The notes beneath the pieces are model-generated. The model had not been told where the DNA came from. It saw nothing but the letters and a program-made list of their open reading frames with translations, and searched no databases. A program made the translations under genes and the position numbers. A stretch of DNA of 64,000 bases, from contig NC_045697.1 in NCBI RefSeq assembly GCF_009834535.1, forward strand, positions 89,468,001-89,532,000, read 5' to 3'. This DNA is from Camelus ferus. Lineage: Eukaryota. Positions within the stretch are counted from its first letter, which is position 1; each line of letters starts with the position of its first letter. Positions 24,120 to 37,900 of this stretch are shown in pieces.

Positions 24120-26150
24120 GAGATTCCCAATATAAATATGGCTGGGCAAACTGAGGCATTCTGTATCTCTTTTCATAAAAATAATCTAAATGGAAGAAGA
24201 GGAAGACAAAAATTCAAACTCCATTTTTTTGAAAATTAGAAAACATGGCTAAACTTTGATAAGGACTGGTGAAGGCAAGTTCATGCATATACCATCTAGT
24301 AAGAAACGTAAATGGAGGAAAGCAGAGATGAATGGGATACAGTGTCAAAATTCAAACACATATCTAAAGCTGTGGGTCACAACTGAGGGGCAAAAGTGTT
24401 GAAATCTGAGGCAATGGGCGATGTCAGAAAACCCCTTGATTTAGTTCTAAGGAAACAGAAGAGTCAGAGCTACCAAAAAGAAAAAAAAAATCATTCACAG
24501 AGCAATATTTGCAGGAATTACTTTTGTGGCAGCCAAGAAGAAGGATTTGAAGTTAAGGAAAACAATTATCTTGTAATACTACCCTGACAAGTCCTCACAA
24601 CAGAAAGTTCTTAAAATAGCAGGTTGCAAGGCACCAAAATATGCTGTAACTGAAAATCAAAATCAAATCAACAGAATGCATAAAAATATATGTAATAAGA
24701 AAAAAGAAACGAGGAGAAAAATATATTACCAAAGAAGACTAGTTAGAACAATATTGCCATTAAACAGGTGAACATTGAAAAAAATAAATGCATTAAAATA
24801 ACTGCATACAAGCCTATAGGAAGAAAAAACCCTAAGATAAAAACATAAATACTCAGGAGAACCCCTAATGAGATGTGAGAAGGTGATGAAACACAACCTA
24901 GCCAGAAGGATTTTTTTTTAAGTCACAGATAAACATAAAAATAGAATACACACAAGACTAAAGAGACACTGCAGGGAAAAAAAGGATCGAGAAAGTACAA
25001 TTAAGAAAATTAGGTGCAACTGAACTAGATTTTTAAAAAGCAGTTTTTGAATTAGTGAGAAAAAAATAGATAGCAGAGGCAGGCAAGATGTTCCATTATA
25101 TGTGTATTTTTATTCTTCAAAAAGAAAACCAAAATTATGTTAACAGAACAAATATTTAATTATTTGAATATGAAAAACAATCTCCAAATAAGAGAATGAG
25201 TCTTTAAGGTGTACTGTATACCACAAAAATTGATTCATATTGTCATCATTGAGAAAAATTTGGTAAAGTACTGGATTTCAAAACTAAACTAAATATCCTC
25301 TCTACAAAGGTAGGCTAAAAATAACTTATAAATAAGAAATAAAATAATGATGGCCTCAAATTTCTCTACACTAAAATCCAATAACTGAAATCAGTGAGGT
25401 AAATAAACATTTTAAAAACGTTCAAAGAAAGTGTGAAACAAACATATTAATTCAGACAAAATGCCTTTCAAGTATCAAAACTAAAGAGAAATTTGAACAT
25501 GCAAGATTTCAGGGGATGTTGTTTCCCTGAACTTTGTTTGAAAAAAAATGGAGGATATACCTCAGCCAACAGAATAATAACTGGGAAATTATAGTAAAGC
25601 ACTGGTAGTGAGCTGGAATATAATTAGTAATAAACTATAAGTTTGGGAGAAGAGACACAGAGGACAATGTAAAAATAAAATATCAATGTAAAACTGATAC
25701 AAATTAAAAATTTATATGTGAAAAAAAATGAAGCCTGGAGAAATAATAGAATACAAAATAGTATAAGATGGCTTACTATAGTATATCACATTACAAAGAT
25801 AAAACTTGAAATACATTACCTTTGCCTAAATTCTGCTGGGAGGAAAAAAGGAAAAACAAAGACTGTACAAAAATATATAATTACACCCATAGTAAGGAAT
25901 TAGTAAATGTTGATGAAAGAAATGGAGTAGAAAATAAATTTATATAAAGTTGTACATCTAGAAGTAATCACTGGAACAAAATTACAGAACTTCCAAAATA
26001 TCAGAACTACACACACAGACACAGAAAGGAAAGAGACAATTTAGTAACAAAATCTGAAACATAGAAAAGAAAAATAAACTACTTTGTTTGAAATACAGAA
26101 AATCTGTATTATCAAAAAATATGAAAGTTATGACTCAACTAATGAAAAGA
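24120..26150 (+). mobile_element. Ancient L1ME-like 5' region/ORF1 remnant (host of nested cluster)
   Basis: Strongly A-rich strand with degenerate ORF1 motifs (TGGCCTCAAATTTCTCTACA, TGCCTTTCAAGTAT) and an ORF2-start-like phrase at ~26100-26150. Confidence 0.55.
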
Positions 26151-26159
26151 TTTACAACA

Positions 26160-28965
26160 ATCTGGGAATGATTCGTACAAAAAAAAAAAAAAGATTAATC
26201 TTGGCAAGGATGAGCTTTGGGGCATTTTAACTTGCCCATTTCTCATCACCTTCTCCAAACTTCAAGAAAGGATTTCAAAGTTCTGCAATCTTGGTGAAAA
26301 TCAGCAGTCTTGCAACCACTGAAGAAGTTAAAATAGGATTGAAATTGTTACAAAACCCCATTCCCAGAGTACTGCCATCATTTGACCTTTCTAGAAACTT
26401 TGGAAAACCCTACTCACAGAGCATGTCTTTGTTTGATCTGATCCAGAGATTGTTTAATAAGAGTGGCCTTCTTCCTAGGGATATTAGTCAAAAAGATCTT
26501 CAGCAGGGGCCTTTAAAAAGACTTCAGCAGGTTCCTGGAAATCTAGAGTCACACAAATGCCTGGGGCTCGGCACATGGCCAGGGAAACTGTGGAGCTGTG
26601 TGAAAACAGGAAGTGAAGGCTAAGGCACAGTTGGACACCACTGGGCTGAGTGCTGAAGATCTGTGCCACTGTGTACACAGAACCCTTTGGCAAAAACTGG
26701 AAGACTGACTGGTTCTGGACATCTAAGGAAATCTCTAGTGAGTCATTAACTGATCCTAAGCAAACTAGCCAGGGACATCACTAGTCACACATGGCAAAGA
26801 ATATATACTTCACAGAATTAGTTCAGGGAAGTCCCCAAATGAACAGCAACAACGACACCAAACAGGAACAACTATAAACTTGAGAGGTGTAACATCTCAT
26901 TTGCAGAGATGCCAAAATACATTATTCAAAAAATTCATTTTTTACCAAAAAATTATAAAACATTCAAAGAAACAGTATGGCAAAGACACTGGAAACAAAT
27001 AGTTCATAGATACTGTCCTTGAGGAAACCCAGAAACTACACAGACTTTAAATCAGCTATTTTACCTATTTTGAAAGAACCAAAGGAAACCCTGTCTAAAG
27101 AACTACAGAGAAGTATGAGAACAATGTCTCATCAACAGGTTATTAATAAAGAGATAGAAATTATAATAAAGGCTATAATATAAATTTTGAAATTGTACAG
27201 TATGATAAGTCAAATCCACTGCAGTTGGTCAATAGTAGATTTGAGCAGGCAGAAAAAGAATCAAAGGAAAAAAGTGAACATAGATCAACTGAGATTATCC
27301 AACCTGAGGAGCAGAAAGAAAAATGAAAAATGAGCACAATTTCAGACTTACGGGATATAATAAAATGTACCAGTATGTATAAAATGAGACCCCAACAGTA
27401 GTGGCAAGGGGGGGGGGCAGACATAATCTTGGAAAAAGTAATGGCTAAAAACTTCTTCTAAAATGATGAAAAACATTAATCTAAACACCTATAGATCTCA
27501 GCACACAAGAAAGATAAATTCAAAAAGATATATGCATAGAAATATAACCAAAATGTTGAAAGACAATCTTGAAAGCTACAGAGAAAAACAACCCATTGCT
27601 TACAAGAGAACCTCCCCGAGATAAACAAAATCAGAAACCATTGTGTGATGACATTCAAAGTGCTGAAGAAAAGGAGACTGTCAACTTTGCTGAATATAGG
27701 GTTCTCTGTTATCCTTCAAAATGAAGTATAAATTAAGAAATTCCCAGATAGAGTTGAATTCTCTCAGCTTTGTTTATCAAATGTTACCTACAATAAATAC
27801 CACAAGGAGTTTTTATTTTCATTTTTGAAATGAAACAGCACTAGAAAATAACATCCAAATGAAAAAAAGAAAAAATACTGATAAAGGTAACTACAGAAGT
27901 AAACATAACAGACAGTATTAATGTATGTTTAGCTTGCAACATTTTTTTCTCTTACCTTATTTAAAAGATACCTACATGATGAAATAATTATAAATCTGTG
28001 ATGATGGAAATGGCATATAAAGCACTGTATATGCAATGTGTAAGATGATACTTGATACAATATAACAAAGAAGAGGGTAGGAATGAAGCTATATGAGAGT
28101 AATGTTTTAGCACAGTATTAAAATTAGTTTGGTAAACAAGGTCCTGTATAGCACAGGCTAGTATATTTAATATTTTTAATAGCCTATAATGAAATATAAT
28201 AGGAGAGAAATATATATATGTTCACTATGCTGTACAGCAGAAACTAACACAACCTTGTAAATCCACTATACTTCAATTTAAAAAAAATAAATAAAATTAG
28301 GTTGGCACTACTCTGAACTAGATTGCTATAAATTAGATGTTAATTGTAATCTCCAGGTCAACCACTAACAATTTTAATAAATTTTAAATTATAGTAAAAG
28401 AAACAAAATACATGAATTAAAATAGTACATTACCTATTGTCTATTATTAATTTAACTCAAAATGTGGCAGCAATGAAAGAATAGATAGATTAAAAAGCAT
28501 AAGAGATACAGAAAACAGCAAAATCAGACCTGAATTCTAAATGATCATTAATGACACTAATATAAAAGAATTAAACATTTCATTCAAAAGATAGAAATTG
28601 ATACATTTGGATCATATTTTTTAAAAACTTTATATGCTGCGTAAAAGGGACTCACTTTATATTCAAAAGCACGAATAAGGTGAAATAAAATTTGGAAAAT
28701 GACATACTGTGCAACTAGTAAAACAAAGCCAGAATGGCTATACTGTTAACAGACAAAATGAGGCTCTAAGACTGGAAAACAGTTGGGCAGTTCCTCAGAA
28801 AGTTGAACATAAAGTTACCATATGACCCAGCAAACTTCCACTTCTATGTATATAACTGGGAAAATCTGAACAAATACCCATGTAAACACTTGTATATGGA
28901 TATTCACAGCAGCATTATTCATAGGAGTCTAAACTTATAATCAACCTGAATGTCTACCAACAAAT
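26160..28965 (+). mobile_element. L1M (L1MB-MD-like) 5'UTR, ORF1 and ORF2 start, jumping to the ORF2 C-terminus at ~28772
   Basis: ORF1 phrases (GTAGATTTGAGCAGGCAGAAAAAGAATC, GACATTCAAAGTGCTGAAG), endonuclease start (AGAATGGCTATACTGTTAACAGACAAAAT), then GGAAAACAGTTGGGCAGTTCCTCAGAAAGTTGAACATAAAGTTACCATATGACCCAGCAA. Confidence 0.8.
28133..28291 (+). mobile_element. Short, younger L1 3' end nested in the older L1, with TSD
   Basis: AAACAAGGTCCTGTATAGCACAGG...GCTGTACAGCAGAAACTAACACAACCTTGTAAATCCACTATACTTCAAT plus A tail. TAAAATTAG(T/G)TTGG at 28119-28132 and 28292-28305. Confidence 0.88.
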
Positions 28966-30159
28966 AAAATCCTTCATAATTCAGTAAGATTATAGAGCTA
29001 TTTTAGTTATAAATATTAATCAAAAAATCCTAAGATATTAACAGTGTCCAGGTACAATTTTTTAAAATGAGTTCATTGCGAGAATGTAAGTATGGTACAA
29101 TATTAATTGATACTCTTCAAATATATTAGAATTTTAAATAAAATCAGAGATATTGAATAAATTTAACAAAATTCAGCATCCATTCTGTATAGAAAGATAT
29201 TAAAAAGAAATAGATACCTCCTTAACATGATCAAATATATGTATTTATACACAAACACTACCATCGTGCCTAATGGGGACAAGTAGACACATCTGCAACA
29301 CGGTCAGGTATGAGACCATGACAGGCTCCCATTTACTTGATACTGTATTTGAAAATTATTCAGTGAGATCAGGCAAGTTAAGAAACTAAACATCATAAAA
29401 TTGGAAAACAGATAGCTATCACTATACTCAGATGATATGACTATATATGTGGAAAACCCAAGCATAATTAACAGTAATGTAACAAAACAGCAAACAATGA
29501 AAAATTGATGCAAATTTGAATAAGTGGATTCTGTGGGTATAAACTAACACAAATTAGAAGATATAATGGAATAAATAATCCTATTTATAATTGTTATACA
29601 ATGTATATCTAAGCATAAATAATTAGAAGGGAGAAATTTGTAACAAACTTGAATTCTTTGGCATTCACAAAAGACTTAAAAAAATGACAAATATAATCAT
29701 GGATAGAATATTCAATATCATAATTGCATACATCTTCCCAAATGTGTTATAAATTTAATATGATCCCAATAAACATATAAATATATGTATTTCCTTGAAC
29801 TAGACAAATCAATTCTGAAGTGGTTTTTTGTGGAAATAAAAATTTAGGAAATAAAAGTAATAGTGTAATAAAGGAAGATAAAACATCCTATCTATTAGAA
29901 CATACTGTAAAATCTCAATTATTAAATTAGTATTAGTGTTTGCTTAAACAGATGAATGGAACAGAAGACAAAGTTCAGCAGTGATCTTTATATAAACAGG
30001 ACTTTAGTCTATGATAAAAGACATCTTCAAAAGCAAGTAGGAAATATATTGCCCCTTTCATAAAACTGCATAAAAATTGTTATATCAACTGAAAAATAAT
30101 CTGTAAAGAAGCAGTTAAGACAGATCGATAGAAGGATGAATTCTAGTTGAACCAAAGAG

Positions 30160-31118
30160 TTTTTAAGTGAAGTATAGTTGATTTATAATATTATATTAAT
30201 TTCAAGTATGCAACATAGTGATTTAATATTTTTATAGATTATATTCCATTTACAGTTAGTACAAAATAATGGCTATAGTTCTTTGCACTGTCAGTATACC
30301 CTTGTTCTTACTTATGTACCCTTGTTCTTACTTACAGTAGTTCGGATAGCTTAATGTCATACCCCTATCTTGCCCCTACTCCCTTTCCTCTCCCCAGTGG
30401 TAACCGCTAGTTTGTTTTCTATTATGTTTGAGTCTTTTTCTGTTTTGTTATACATATTCCTTTGTTTCATTTTTTAGATTCTACTTGTAAATGGTAACAT
30501 ATATTCATCTTTCTTTGATTTATTTTGCTAAACATCACACCCTCTAGGTGCATCTGCATTGTTTCAAATGGCAGAATTTCACTTTTTATGGTTGAGTAAT
30601 GTTTCATTGTGTGTGTATGTGTGTGTATATATATATGATATATATATATATATATTTTTATGGACACTAAGGTAGCTTCCATTTCTTGAATATTGTAAAT
30701 GCTGCTGCTATGTGCTATGAATACTAGGGTGCATGCATCTTTTTGAACTATTGTTTTCATTTTCTTCAGTTATATACCCAGCAATGGAATTGTTGTATCA
30801 TATAATAATTCTGTTTTTAGTTTTTTGAGGTACTTCCATAATGTTTTCCATAGTGGCTGCACCAATTTACAATCCGAACATAGTGTAGGAGGGTCCTCTT
30901 TTCTCCTCATCCTTGCAAACGTGTTATTTGTAGACTTTCTGATGATAGCCATGTTGACAGATGTGAGGTAATCTCAATGTGGTTTTGATTTGCATTTCTC
31001 TGATTAGTGATGTTGAGCATTTTTTCATGTGCCTGTTGGTCATCTGTATGTCTTCTTTGGAAAAATGTCTGTTTAGTTCTTCTACCCATTTTTAATAGGG
31101 TTGTTTGTTTCTTTTTGA
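30160..31118 (-). mobile_element. Cetartiodactyl-type L1 3' end, 5'-truncated
   Basis: Minus ORFs 30467-30760 and 30770-30952 (KLVQPLWKTLWKYLKKLKTELLYDTTIPLLGI) are ORF2p C-terminal remnants, followed by 3'UTR. Confidence 0.92.
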
Positions 31119-31465
31119 TGAAACATATTTTTATGTTTAAAAAAGTGAAAGAAACCATAGATTAATAAGAATGAAGCAAGGAGACTATATGTAACTTTGG
31201 ATTGAAGAAGCTATTTCTAACTAAATCCAATAATCAGAAAACACAATTTTGATAATACTGGTTACCTTGAAAAAGAACTCTTGTGTCATAAAGTAACAAA
31301 CAACAGTAAAAAACTTTTTTTAGAAAGTTCAAAGTGATAAGGTAAGAAAAAATGCATGCCACGCATGTTACAAAGGCTTCTCTCTCTAATATATACACAC
31401 TGTCTATAAATTTATTTAAGGAATGTTAAAACCACAGTAACAGTGATCCAGAGAACATGAACACA

Positions 31466-32036
31466 ACCATCAGGATCATCCTTTTAAAACACAAACCACG
31501 TTATATTTCCTTTCTATTCACTCATCTCCAGTGGCACAAAAGCCAAAGCCCATAAGATGATATTCCAGGGCTTTGTATGGTCAGAGCTGTTCCCTCCACT
31601 CTCATCTCCTGATACTCTTGCTTCACCCATTTTGTCTAGACTCACTATTCTTTGCCGCTCCTTTAGCACCAAGTGCACTCTAGTCGGGGGGTTTGTATTT
31701 GCTGTCTCTTTTCTAGAATATCCTCCCCAATATCCACTTGCTCACTACCTCACATCCTTTTGTTCTGTTTCCTGATTACATTTTATCACTGCAAATCAAC
31801 TTCATCCTATTAGCTACATCTCTCTCTGCCCTGCTTTATTTTTTCTCATGGCAGTAATCCCTATCTCAAATACTTCACTTTATTAATCTGTTTCTTATTT
31901 TTCTATACCCATTTGAATGATTAATTTAATTAAGCAAAAGTATATTCTCTTTGTTCACTTCCAGTTTCTGTAGCTCCTAGAACAATGGTTGCCATATAAG
32001 TGTTCAAAAGTATCTGTTGGCATGAGTGAAAAATGA
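31466..32036 (+). mobile_element. L2a-like 3' portion inserted in L1ME
   Basis: ATCCTTTTAAAACACAAA...CTCCTAGAACAATGGTTGCCATATAAGTGTTCAAAAGTATCTGTTGGCATGAGTGAA. Confidence 0.75.
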
Positions 32037-33747
32037 ACACATAATTTATATAAAAAGGTAAGTGGCTCTGAATTACACAGAAATATATTTAATTTCACTT
32101 GTAATAATTAAAATGCAAATTAGAACTCCACTATAATACAACTTTAAAAATCTGGCAAAAGAAAAAAGCAAAAACTTAATGGACATTATTTTAGAAACTG
32201 GTTCTAGTAAGAGTGTACATCAAAACACCCCCTATGAAAGGCAGATTGGAATTATTTATCTATGTGAAAAAGAACAGGCTGAGGGCCTACAGTAATGAAG
32301 AGCGTTAAGCCTTTATGCTACACGATTATTCTCAGGAAATGGCGAGGTAGCTAGAGACCTCAAAGGGTGGAGAAGTTCAGTCTCATCTTGTACTTGGAGA
32401 AAGAACAGGAATATTGATTGATGAGCAACCCTAGTAACTGTAATACTATTGACATTGTATGTACACGCACCCTTTGCTTCAGCGATTCCACATAAAAAAA
32501 ATCCATCATACAAATATACCAGCAGGTATGTAAGGATAGGATATGTTTAAAAACTTGTGCATTGCAGCATTTAAAAAAAAAAAGTACCTCAGTAGTGTAC
32601 ATTAAGCACACTATGACATATCCATATAGTTGAATGATATATATCTGGAAAACAAAACAAAAATAGAAGCTCTTTATCCTTTAGTATATCAATATCTTCA
32701 ATACCTTTTGTAAAATATCACTGAAGGTAAAGGTCATGTCCTATTATCTGTCTCAATATTTATGCAGTACAATTCCTGGCATATAAGTTGCATACATATT
32801 TAAATATATATATTTAAATTTTATTGAATTGAAATTAATTTTCTTCATAAATAAGAAGATACTCTGTGTTCTCATTGTCCCTTACAGCTCTTTCAAAGTA
32901 AACAAAAATTTCTCCAAATATGTAATTTCTGAAACTGTTATTCTTTTAAACCCAAATTTGTCATATAAATAGATCTGTGTTATTTTAATTACCTTTATTT
33001 ACGTATATGGTTGTATGCCCCTGTCCTTCTCCAGTCTTATAAAATACTACTTATTCTAAATCTAGTTACATTAGTGCTTTTAGAAAATGTTTATCACAAA
33101 ACCTAGCATTTTACTTCTCTTACAAACACTTAAGTGTATAGATTAAACATTACAAAACAAAATAACAAGTGATCCTAAAAATTCTAATGCAAATGTTCTG
33201 TACTTGAGGAAATTAGGTTCATATCAAGCTGTTCCTATGTCAAGACTATATATATAGACTTTTTCTTTGGGCATATTGTAAATTCCCAAGACATCAAATA
33301 AAACTATATTAAAATATATAAAGCATATTCTAAAACTGATTTTAAATACATGTTATTTATAAAATATTAGAGATTTATAGAACTATTTGTTTCTTTTAAT
33401 GAGTTGTAATAACTAATATTTCACTATACTCAAAAATAAGAGGCAAACCAGTCAAATAAGGACAAAAAAGGTCTTCTTGAGTTTATCTACCAAATATATG
33501 CCATCTAATTCAAACAGATTTGAGAGTCATTTGAACTCCAGTCAAGTTGAAAAATAGAATTTATCAAGTTCTGGCCTTCTTGTTCTAAGTGCGGAGACCT
33601 ATCAATGTCTGTCTCTTGGCTACCCTCCTTTGTAATAAACGTAGGCTTGATGTATAATGAAAAACAGCTGAGTAGTTCGAGGTACAGATGCTTTCTTTTC
33701 TTCTTCTTCCAACTAAGATTGGTCTTACTCTTCATAATCTCTCACAG

Positions 33748-33778
33748 CTGCCAAAAATCCATTTTATCTTTGCATGAG
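33748..33778 (+). other. Candidate 31-nt exon (host gene unknown)
   Basis: Pyrimidine-rich acceptor ...tcttactcttcataatctctcacag|CTGCCAAAAATCCATTTTATCTTTGCATGAG|gtgagg. Motif evidence only. Confidence 0.3.
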
Positions 33779-34265
33779 GTGAGGTTTCCATTAACAGCTA
33801 TTAGGGTAGCAGAGGTCAGACGTCCAGTGTCAGATGTGCTACTAAAAAGAAGTACTGAGCATGGAAAGTGTCTACCAAGAGGGGATAAAAACCATTTCAG
33901 AATCTTTGGGACTTATCGAAGTGCTTTGTTCTTTCATATTTTTCTTGCCTTTACTGTTGACAAGATAATTTTGGAAGAAAAGAGAAACGAGAATTTATGT
34001 GAGAACTCGTCAATAATGGTTATTGAGAGGAGATTAACTGAGTTAGAACTTGCCTCACAAACTTTGCCAGTTGGATTGCCAGTATCTTCAGGTTATAAGC
34101 TGTAATGATGCTATCTCGATGTAAATATTGGTAATTTCAAAACTTGGTTAAGTTGGAAGATTCTGTGGTACAACTCATAACACAGACATCAATGAAGGCA
34201 ATAAGAACCCTTGTTCTTTTGGAATAAAAAGCTAATTTTAAAATGTGTGGGAAAAGTAGCTCTTA

Positions 34266-34312
34266 GTGTGTGTATATGTGTGTGTGTGTATGTGTGTGCA
34301 TGTATACACACA
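34266..34312. repeat. Imperfect (TG)n microsatellite
   Basis: Directly visible. Confidence 0.9.
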
Positions 34313-34364
34313 AAGAAACTATTGTCCCTAAGAATATAAATACATCTGTAGATATCATTATGTC

Positions 34365-34460
34365 ATTTCATTCATTCATATATTTTTCCATTCATCCAGT
34401 ATATTTTATTCTACCTATTTATTAATATTTATTGAGTGATTACTATGTATCAGACCTACC
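34365..34460 (-). mobile_element. L2 3' terminus
   Basis: TTCATTCATTCAT...AATATTTATTGAGTGATTACTATGTATCAGAC. Confidence 0.65.
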
Positions 34461-34999
34461 AAATCAAAATTTCTGAAGAGAGTTCCAGAATTAAATTCTA
34501 GAATTAAAGTCCAGTTGATTGTGATGCATGGACAGATCTTTTAAATTTATGAGCTTAAAAACTTAGCCCAAAGTTTTATCAGGGCAAAATAAATATAATT
34601 CATTTTATTATGGGACTGAAGAAAAATAGAACTAGGAACTTACGGGATCTGAAATTGACAGTGAGACCCGAAAAATCTGCCTAGATATTTCCCACGGATA
34701 TTTCACATCCATATCAATGTCCATATATTCATAAATTAATTCTTTTTTTGGCTGAAACTTACTCCTCCTTCTGTATTTAATATCATAGTAAATCATGATT
34801 GTGATTGGTGAATCACTGACTATTAGGTGACTGATTTTCACATGTAAAAATAGAGAGGTTCCACAGGAACCCTGTGGTCACTCCAGAACCTGAAGAACTT
34901 AAGCTTGAATTTTTGCAGCTTTACTGTACCCTATCTCCAATCCCATTCACTATTTTTTCCTATAAATTCACCAGAATTTTATATATGTTGAAAAAAATC

Positions 35000-37900
35000 C
35001 CTTCTGTGTTTCCATACAAATTAAAAATTTTTGTTCCAATTCTGTGAAAAATGCCATTGGTAATTTGACAGTGATTGCATTAAATCTGTAGATTGCCTTG
35101 TATGGTATGGTCATTTTAATAATATTGGTTCTTCTAATCCTAGAACACAGTATAGCTTTCCATCTATTTGAATTGTCTTCAGTTTCTTTCATAGCACCTT
35201 AAAGTTTTCAGAGTATAGATCTTTTGCTTCCTTAGGTAGGTTTACTCCTAGATATTTTATTCTTTTTTGATGCTATAGTAAAGGGGATTATTTCTTTAAT
35301 TCCTCTTTGATATTGTTCTTAGTGTATAGAATGCAATAGACTTCTGTGTATTGATTTTGTTTCCTGAAATTTTACTGAATTCATTGATGAGCTCTAATAG
35401 TTTCCTAGTGGCATCTTTAGGATTTCCATGCATAGTATTATGTCATCTGGAAACAATGACAGTTTTACTTCTTCTTTTCCAATATGGAGTCCTTTCATTT
35501 CTGTTTCATCTCTTTTTGTTGTGGCTAGGAGTTCCAAAACAATGTTGAATGAAAGTGGCCAGAGAGGGCATTCTTGTCTTGTTCCTGGTCTTAGAGGAAA
35601 TGTTTCAGCTTTTCACCACTGACTATAATGTTAGCTTTGGGTTTGTCATATATGGCCTTTATTATGTTGAGGTATGTTCCCTCTATGCCTACCTTCAGAA
35701 TACTTTTTATCATAAATGGATGTTAAATTTTATCAAAAGCTTTTCTGCATCTATTGAGATGCATATGGTTTTTGTTCTTCAGTTTGTTAATGTGCTGTAT
35801 CACAGTGATTGATTTACTGATATTGAAAAATCCTTGTGTTCTGGGGTAAATCCCACTTGATCACGGTGTATGATCATTTTAATGTACTGTTGGATTTGGT
35901 TTGATAGTATTTTGTTGAAGAGTTTTGTATGTATGTTCATCAGTGATATTGGCCTGTAATTTTCTCTTTATTTTGTGATATCTTTGTCTCTTTGTCTAGT
36001 TTTGGTATCAAGGTGATTGTGGCCTCATAGAATGAGTTTAGAAGTGTTTCTTCCTCTGCAATATTTTGCAATACTTTCAGAAAGTTAGGTGTTAACTTTT
36101 CTCTAAATGTTTGATAGAATTCACATGTAAAGCCATCTGGCCCTGAACTTTTAATGGTTGTTAATTTTTAAATTACTGATTCAGTTTCAGTACTGGTAAT
36201 TGGTCTGTTCATGTTTTCTGTTTCTTCCTGGTTTAGTCTTGGGAGATTGTACCTTTCTAAGAATTTGTCCGTTTATTCTAGGTTGTCCATTTTATTGGTG
36301 CATAGTTGCTCATAGTAGTCTCTTATGAGCCTTTGTACATCTATGGTGTCAGTTTTCACTTCTTTTTCTTTCTGATTGTATTGATTTGGGCCCTCTACCT
36401 TTTTTCTTGATGAGTCTGGCTAAAGATTTACAACTTTGTTTATCTTTTTAAGGAACCAGCTTTTAGTTTAATTGATCTTTTCTATTGTTTTTCAGTCTTT
36501 ATTTTACTTCTTTCTACTCTGATCTTTATGATTTCTTTCCTTCTACTAACTTTGGGTTTCATTTGTTCTCTCTCTGATTGCTTTAAGGGTAAAATTACAT
36601 TGTTCATTTACAATTTTTCTTGTTTCCTGAGGTAAGCTTGTATCACTATAAAATTTCCTCTTAGACTGCTTTTGTTGCATTCCACAGGTTTTGGGTTGAC
36701 ATGTTTTCATTTTCATTTTTCTCTATGTATTTTTTTTATTTCCTCTTTGATTTCTTCAGTGATCCATTATTTGGTAGCATATTGTTTAGCCTCCACATAT
36801 TTGTGGGTTTTGCAGGGTTTTTTTTTTTTTTTTCTTGTAGTTGATTTCTATTCTCAGAGCATTGTGGTCAGAAAAGATGCTTGATATGATTTCATTTTTC
36901 TTAAATTTACTGAGGCTCATTTTATGGCCTAGCATGTGATCTATCCTGGAGAATGTTCCATGTGCACCTGCAAAGAATGTGTATTCTGCTGCTTTCAGGT
37001 GGAATACTCTATAAATATCAATTAAGTCCATTTGGTAATATGTAAGGCATGTGTTTCCTTATTTTCTGTCTGGATGCTCTGTCCATTGATGTAAGGGGGG
37101 GGGATGTCAGAGTCCTCTAATATTATTATATTACTGTGGATTTCTCCTTTTATATCTGTTAACATTTACCTTATATATTGAGGTGCTCCTGTGTAGGGTC
37201 CATATATTTTGTTATGTCTTCCTCTTGGATTTATCCCTTGATTATTGTGTAGTATCCTAATTTGTCTCTTGTAATTGTCTTTATTTTAAAGCCGATTTTG
37301 TCTGACATAAGTATTGCTGCTCTGACTTTCATTTGACTTCATTTGCATGGAATACTTTTTCCATATCCTTATTTTCAGTCTGTACGTGTCTGGATCTGAA
37401 GTGGGTCTCTTGTAGGTTATATCTATATCTATATCTGTATCTATCTATATCTTCTTTTGTATCCATTCAGCCAGTCTGTGACTTTCGGTTGGAACATTTA
37501 ATCCTTTTGCATTTAAGGTAATTATCAATATGTATGTTATTATTATCATGTTGTTAATTCTGATTTGTTTTTGTAGGTCTTTTTTCCCCCTTTCTTTTGT
37601 TCTCTTCTCTTGTGATATCACTGTCTATAGTGCTATGTTTGGATTTCTTTTTTTCTTTTTTGGTTTGTATATCTATTATAGATTTTTGATTTGCAGTTAC
37701 CATGAGGTTTTTGTATAGCAGTCTGTATATATGTGATTGCTTTAGGTTACTGATATCTTAATTTCAAATGCATTTTAGATAACCCTGCATTTGTACTCTC
37801 CTCTCCTCCTGATGGCTATTTTTGATATAATATATTGCATCCAATTGTTTTGTGTAATCGTAACAGCTTATTGGGGATACATATGCTTTTACTACATTTA

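Larger units (their letters stand above)
28966..32720 (+). mobile_element. Ancient L1ME-like ORF2/3' remnant, interrupted by L1 (30160-31118) and L2 (31466-32036)
   Basis: Colinear degenerate ORF2 phrases (AAAATTCAGCATCCATTC, GATGATATGACTATATATGTGGAAAACCCA, CAGATGAATGGAACAGAA, AAATGCAAATTAGAAC). Confidence 0.7.

Noticed and set aside
30297..30334. Short direct repeats (18 bp here, 15 bp at 60128-60163, ~20 bp at 9233-9281)
   Set aside because: Two-copy slippage duplications; not CRISPR-like arrays and no insert with retroposon features.
33926..34053. Endogenous bornavirus-like nucleoprotein as a firm call
   Set aside because: Two short resemblances (LTELE and FVLS...EFM) lie in different frames and non-colinear order; kept only as something to test by BLASTX.
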